NCBI GenBank assembly: GCA_963782055.1
Contig: CAWAIF010000003.1
Coordinates: 6,112,001-6,176,000, forward strand
Origin: an uncultured delta proteobacterium
Lineage (GTDB): Bacteria > Myxococcota_A > Polyangia > Polyangiales > Polyangiaceae
Direction of reading: 5' to 3'
Length of the DNA stretch: 64,000 nucleotides
The position numbers were made by a program, and so were the translations under genes. The notes under the pieces are model-generated. The model was not told the origin of the DNA. It saw only the letters and a program-made list of their open reading frames with translations, and ran no database searches. This document shows, piece after piece, positions 61,209 through 64,000 of this stretch (positions are counted from its first letter, which is position 1; the number at the start of each line of letters is the position of its first letter).

Positions 61209-62233
61209 CCGCACATCCTTCCTACGCCTGCTCGCAGTGATCTCGCTGCCCGGATGTCACTCCTCGACGCCAGCTACGCTGCCTGGGGAGGCGGGATCGG
61301 ACGGCGGGAACGTGGTGTCGCAGCCGCACAAGACCCAGGCCTGCGTCGTCGATCCGACGGGCGTCACCGCTCCGGGGGCGTGGGTCGAGGTTTCCGCTGG
61401 TTCCTTCGTCATCGGCTCCCCCCCGACGGAGCCCGGTCGTGGGCTCCACGACGAGGAGCAGGCCCCGGTCACCCTGAGCCACGCGTTCTGGATGCAGCGG
61501 ACGGAGCTCACCCAGGCCGACTGGACCTCCATGTGCCTGGACAACCCGAGCACCCTCAGGCCGGACGGGACGGGGGACTGCAGCGCCTCCGATTGTCCGG
61601 TTGGCAACATGACGTGGTGGGAGACGCTCGAATTTGCGAACATGCTCTCCGCCGCCCACGACCCGCCGCTGCAGCCCTGCTACGTGCTGCAGGGCTGCAC
61701 GGGCGCGATGGGACACTACCGCGTCTGCACAGGCGTCACCAGCAGCGCGTCCACCGTCTACGAGTGCGTAGGGCTACCGGCTTCCGACGGAGGTGGAGTG
61801 GGAGTACGCGGCACGCGCCGGCACCACGACCGCCTTCTACGGCGGCGACATCGTCTCCTCGCAGAACGAGGCGTGCCCCGACGACGTCAACCTGGATCCC
61901 ATCGCCTGGTACTGCGCGAACGCCGGACCGATGACCCACCCCGTGGCCAAGAAGGCCCCGAACGCCTTCGGGCTCTACGACATGCTGGGCAACGCGTACG
62001 AGTGGACCGGCAGCGACTTCACGAGCTATGCGTGGGGCGACGGTTCCGACGCCACCCTGACGGACCCGGATGGCACGGTCGACGATGGGGAGGAGAAGGT
62101 CTTCCGCGGGGGCGCGTTCAACATTGACCCCACGGTCTGTCGCGCGGCAAACAGAAACATTGCCGCGGACGTGAAGAAGCCGATCGAGGCTGGACCGGAA
62201 ATTGGCTTCCGACTGGTCAGAAGCAAGCCGTGA
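61198..62233 (+). pseudogene. FGE-sulfatase (SUMF1) domain lipoprotein, frameshifted
   Basis: LPGC lipobox; TELTQ; GYRLPTEVEWEYAARAG out of frame at ~61771; PNAFGLYDMLGN, RGG, IGFRLVR. Confidence 0.85.
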
Positions 62234-62294
62234 CCTTCGCGGCGAGGTCTGGCGATGCGCCACTACCGGACGCTCCTCCTCGGAGCGTTCACCG

Positions 62295-63739
62295 CATGGC
62301 CAGATCCTTTGGACATAACGTGGCGGAATGATGGAAATAAATCGGGCGCCTTTCTCGTTGTTCGGTTGCGACACCAACAAGGAGAGGACGCCCGATGACG
62401 ACGAGAGCTACCCGAGCCACGAGCAGCCGTCCAGACCCGAGCGAAGAGGCGAGCGCGGTGGAGGAGCAGCTGCAGCGGACCTTCACGCCGGCGGTCATCG
62501 ACGAGCTTCGGGGCCGCACCGGCTACAACCCGCGGCAGCGGCGCGCCACCGCGTTCCGCCTGGTGCTCACGGTCGTCGAGGGGTTCCTCGCGGGCCAGAC
62601 GCTGTCGTTCGAGTCGCTGCGGGCGATCTTCGTGAGGCGCTTCGGCTTCATGCGCCCGTGCCCGTTCCAGAAGCGGTTCAAGCAGGAGTCGGCGGCGGCG
62701 TTCTTCCGCGCGGCGCTCGAGCACCTCGTGGCGTCGGTGACGAAGGCGGCGGGCCTGGAGCTGAGCGGGCCGCTCGCCCGCTTCGAGGACGTGCGGGTCT
62801 ACGACGGTACGGGGCAGCGCGTGCCACCGCGCGGGCGCGAGCTGCTGCCGGGATGCACCAAGGGCAAGGCCGGCACCAAGTGGGTGATGGGCTACAGCAT
62901 CAAGACCGGCCTGCTCGAGCACGGCGTCTCCGACGCGGAGACCGCGTCGGAGACGCCGCTGTGGCGGAAGCTGGTCCCGAGCTTCACGCGCGGGGTGCTC
63001 TACCTCTTCGACCTCGGCTTCTTCGAGCGCGCTCTGTTCACCCAGGCGAAGGCTGCCGGCGCGCACGTGCTGATGCGCCTCAAGACCACGGCGAAGGTAC
63101 GCGTGACCGCGCACATCTCGGAGAACGGCCACACCCCGCTCCACAACTGGTCGCTTGGCTACTACCTGCAGAGCGTGTCGCGCAAGCGCGGGACGATCTT
63201 CGACCTCGACGTGACGTGGGGCAAGGGCAAGGACACCGTCGCATTGCGGCTCGTGGGACTCGCGCACAAGTCGACCGTCATCCGCTGGTACCTGACCACC
63301 GTGCCGCGCAGCGTGCTCTCGCCACGGCAGATCATCCAGACCTACCGACTCCGCTGGCTGATCGAGCTGCTCTTTCGCGAGCTGAAGCAGACCGCCGACC
63401 TCGGCCGCTCCTTCACCGCCGATCCCCACGCGATCAAGGCGCTCACCTACGGCGCGATGCTCGCCCACGCGCTCGTGCGCTCGGTCAGGATCCAGGCTGC
63501 ACTCGCGCGCGACGTCCCTCTCGAGCAACTGCGCCCCCTGGCGACGTTGCACGTCGTGCGCGCCTACGCGCGGGACCTGGTCGACGCCCTCGTCTCCCTG
63601 AGCACCGCCGCGTGGACTGCCGTCGTGACCACCGTGGGCGCGGCACTCGTCGCTCTGGCACGCGAACGACAACCTTCACGCTCCAGGAAACGAATCGCCC
63701 GCAAACTTGGGGCGATCGGTGCTTAAGAGATCGGGCATG
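62295..63739 (+). mobile_element. IS4-family insertion sequence
   Basis: Ends CATGGCCAGATC / GATCGGGCATG; 10-bp duplication GCGTTCACCG (62285-94, 63740-49). Confidence 0.9.
62395..63726 (+). CDS. IS4-family DDE transposase
   Basis: YDGT, FDLGF, YRLRWLIELLFRELK (YREK motif). Confidence 0.92.
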   Translation: MTTRATRATSSRPDPSEEASAVEEQLQRTFTPAVIDELRGRTGYNPRQRRATAFRLVLTVVEGFLAGQTLSFESLRAIFVRRFGFMRPCPFQKRFKQESAAAFFRAALEHLVASVTKAAGLELSGPLARFEDVRVYDGTGQRVPPRGRELLPGCTKGKAGTKWVMGYSIKTGLLEHGVSDAETASETPLWRKLVPSFTRGVLYLFDLGFFERALFTQAKAAGAHVLMRLKTTAKVRVTAHISENGHTPLHNWSLGYYLQSVSRKRGTIFDLDVTWGKGKDTVALRLVGLAHKSTVIRWYLTTVPRSVLSPRQIIQTYRLRWLIELLFRELKQTADLGRSFTADPHAIKALTYGAMLAHALVRSVRIQAALARDVPLEQLRPLATLHVVRAYARDLVDALVSLSTAAWTAVVTTVGAALVALARERQPSRSRKRIARKLGAIGA

Positions 63740-63776
63740 GCGTTCACCGTGCCGTCCTTCTAGCTAGGTCCGCGTT

Positions 63777-63791
63777 GTCTCTGCTTAGCGG
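63777..63791. mobile_element. Terminal IR of another IS66-related element
   Basis: GTCTCTGCTTAGCGG is identical to the IS66 ends, but the following sequence differs. Confidence 0.6.
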
Positions 63792-64000
63792 TACCTGATG
63801 CCACCAGAGGACGCCCGACATGCGGAATTCCCCGGAAATTCGCGGCGGCGGCACGGCGGCAGGGGGCGCCTGCGGGCAAACGATGCGTCATCGGAAGACG
63901 TTCCGCGCATAGGAAATGCTAGCGCGGTCGGGCGCGAAAGTTTACGAAATCCATCTTGGACGAAGCCGCTGCGCGGCAGCGTGGCTCCGCATCAAGCTCG

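Noticed and set aside
45841..62233. Diversity-generating retroelement (variable paralogues, FGE domain)
   Set aside because: No reverse transcriptase in the window, no template repeat for the FGE C-terminus, and the differences are not adenine-specific.

Overview
GC-rich bacterial DNA. The gene content (Hanks-type kinases, PilB, many Cys-rich lipoproteins) points to a myxobacterium, probably Polyangiaceae-like; this is an inference. About 1-31 kb and 37-45.8 kb are mostly core genes: kinases, argD, rlmI-like, lnt, HU, ybeY, rnr, a DnaJ-class protein, an L,D-transpeptidase, pilB and moeB/moeZ, plus a P1B-type ATPase lacking its catalytic motifs. Accessory regions at ~27.6-28.3, 31-36.9 and 45.8-64 kb carry secreted/lipoprotein modules and IS elements (IS1380, ISKra4, two IS66, IS4), several with readable terminal repeats and target duplications. 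The most striking structure is at 45.7-54.6 kb. The 3' end of moeB is repeated four more times, and these repeats delimit tandem ~1.4-1.8 kb cassettes. Each cassette carries a variable gene pair (lipoprotein B, then Cys-rich lipoprotein A) behind a conserved leader with a variable poly-G tract. The paralogues are mosaics of one another, and no integrase is visible. Coordinates were read by eye. Family names come from motif recognition, not database searches.
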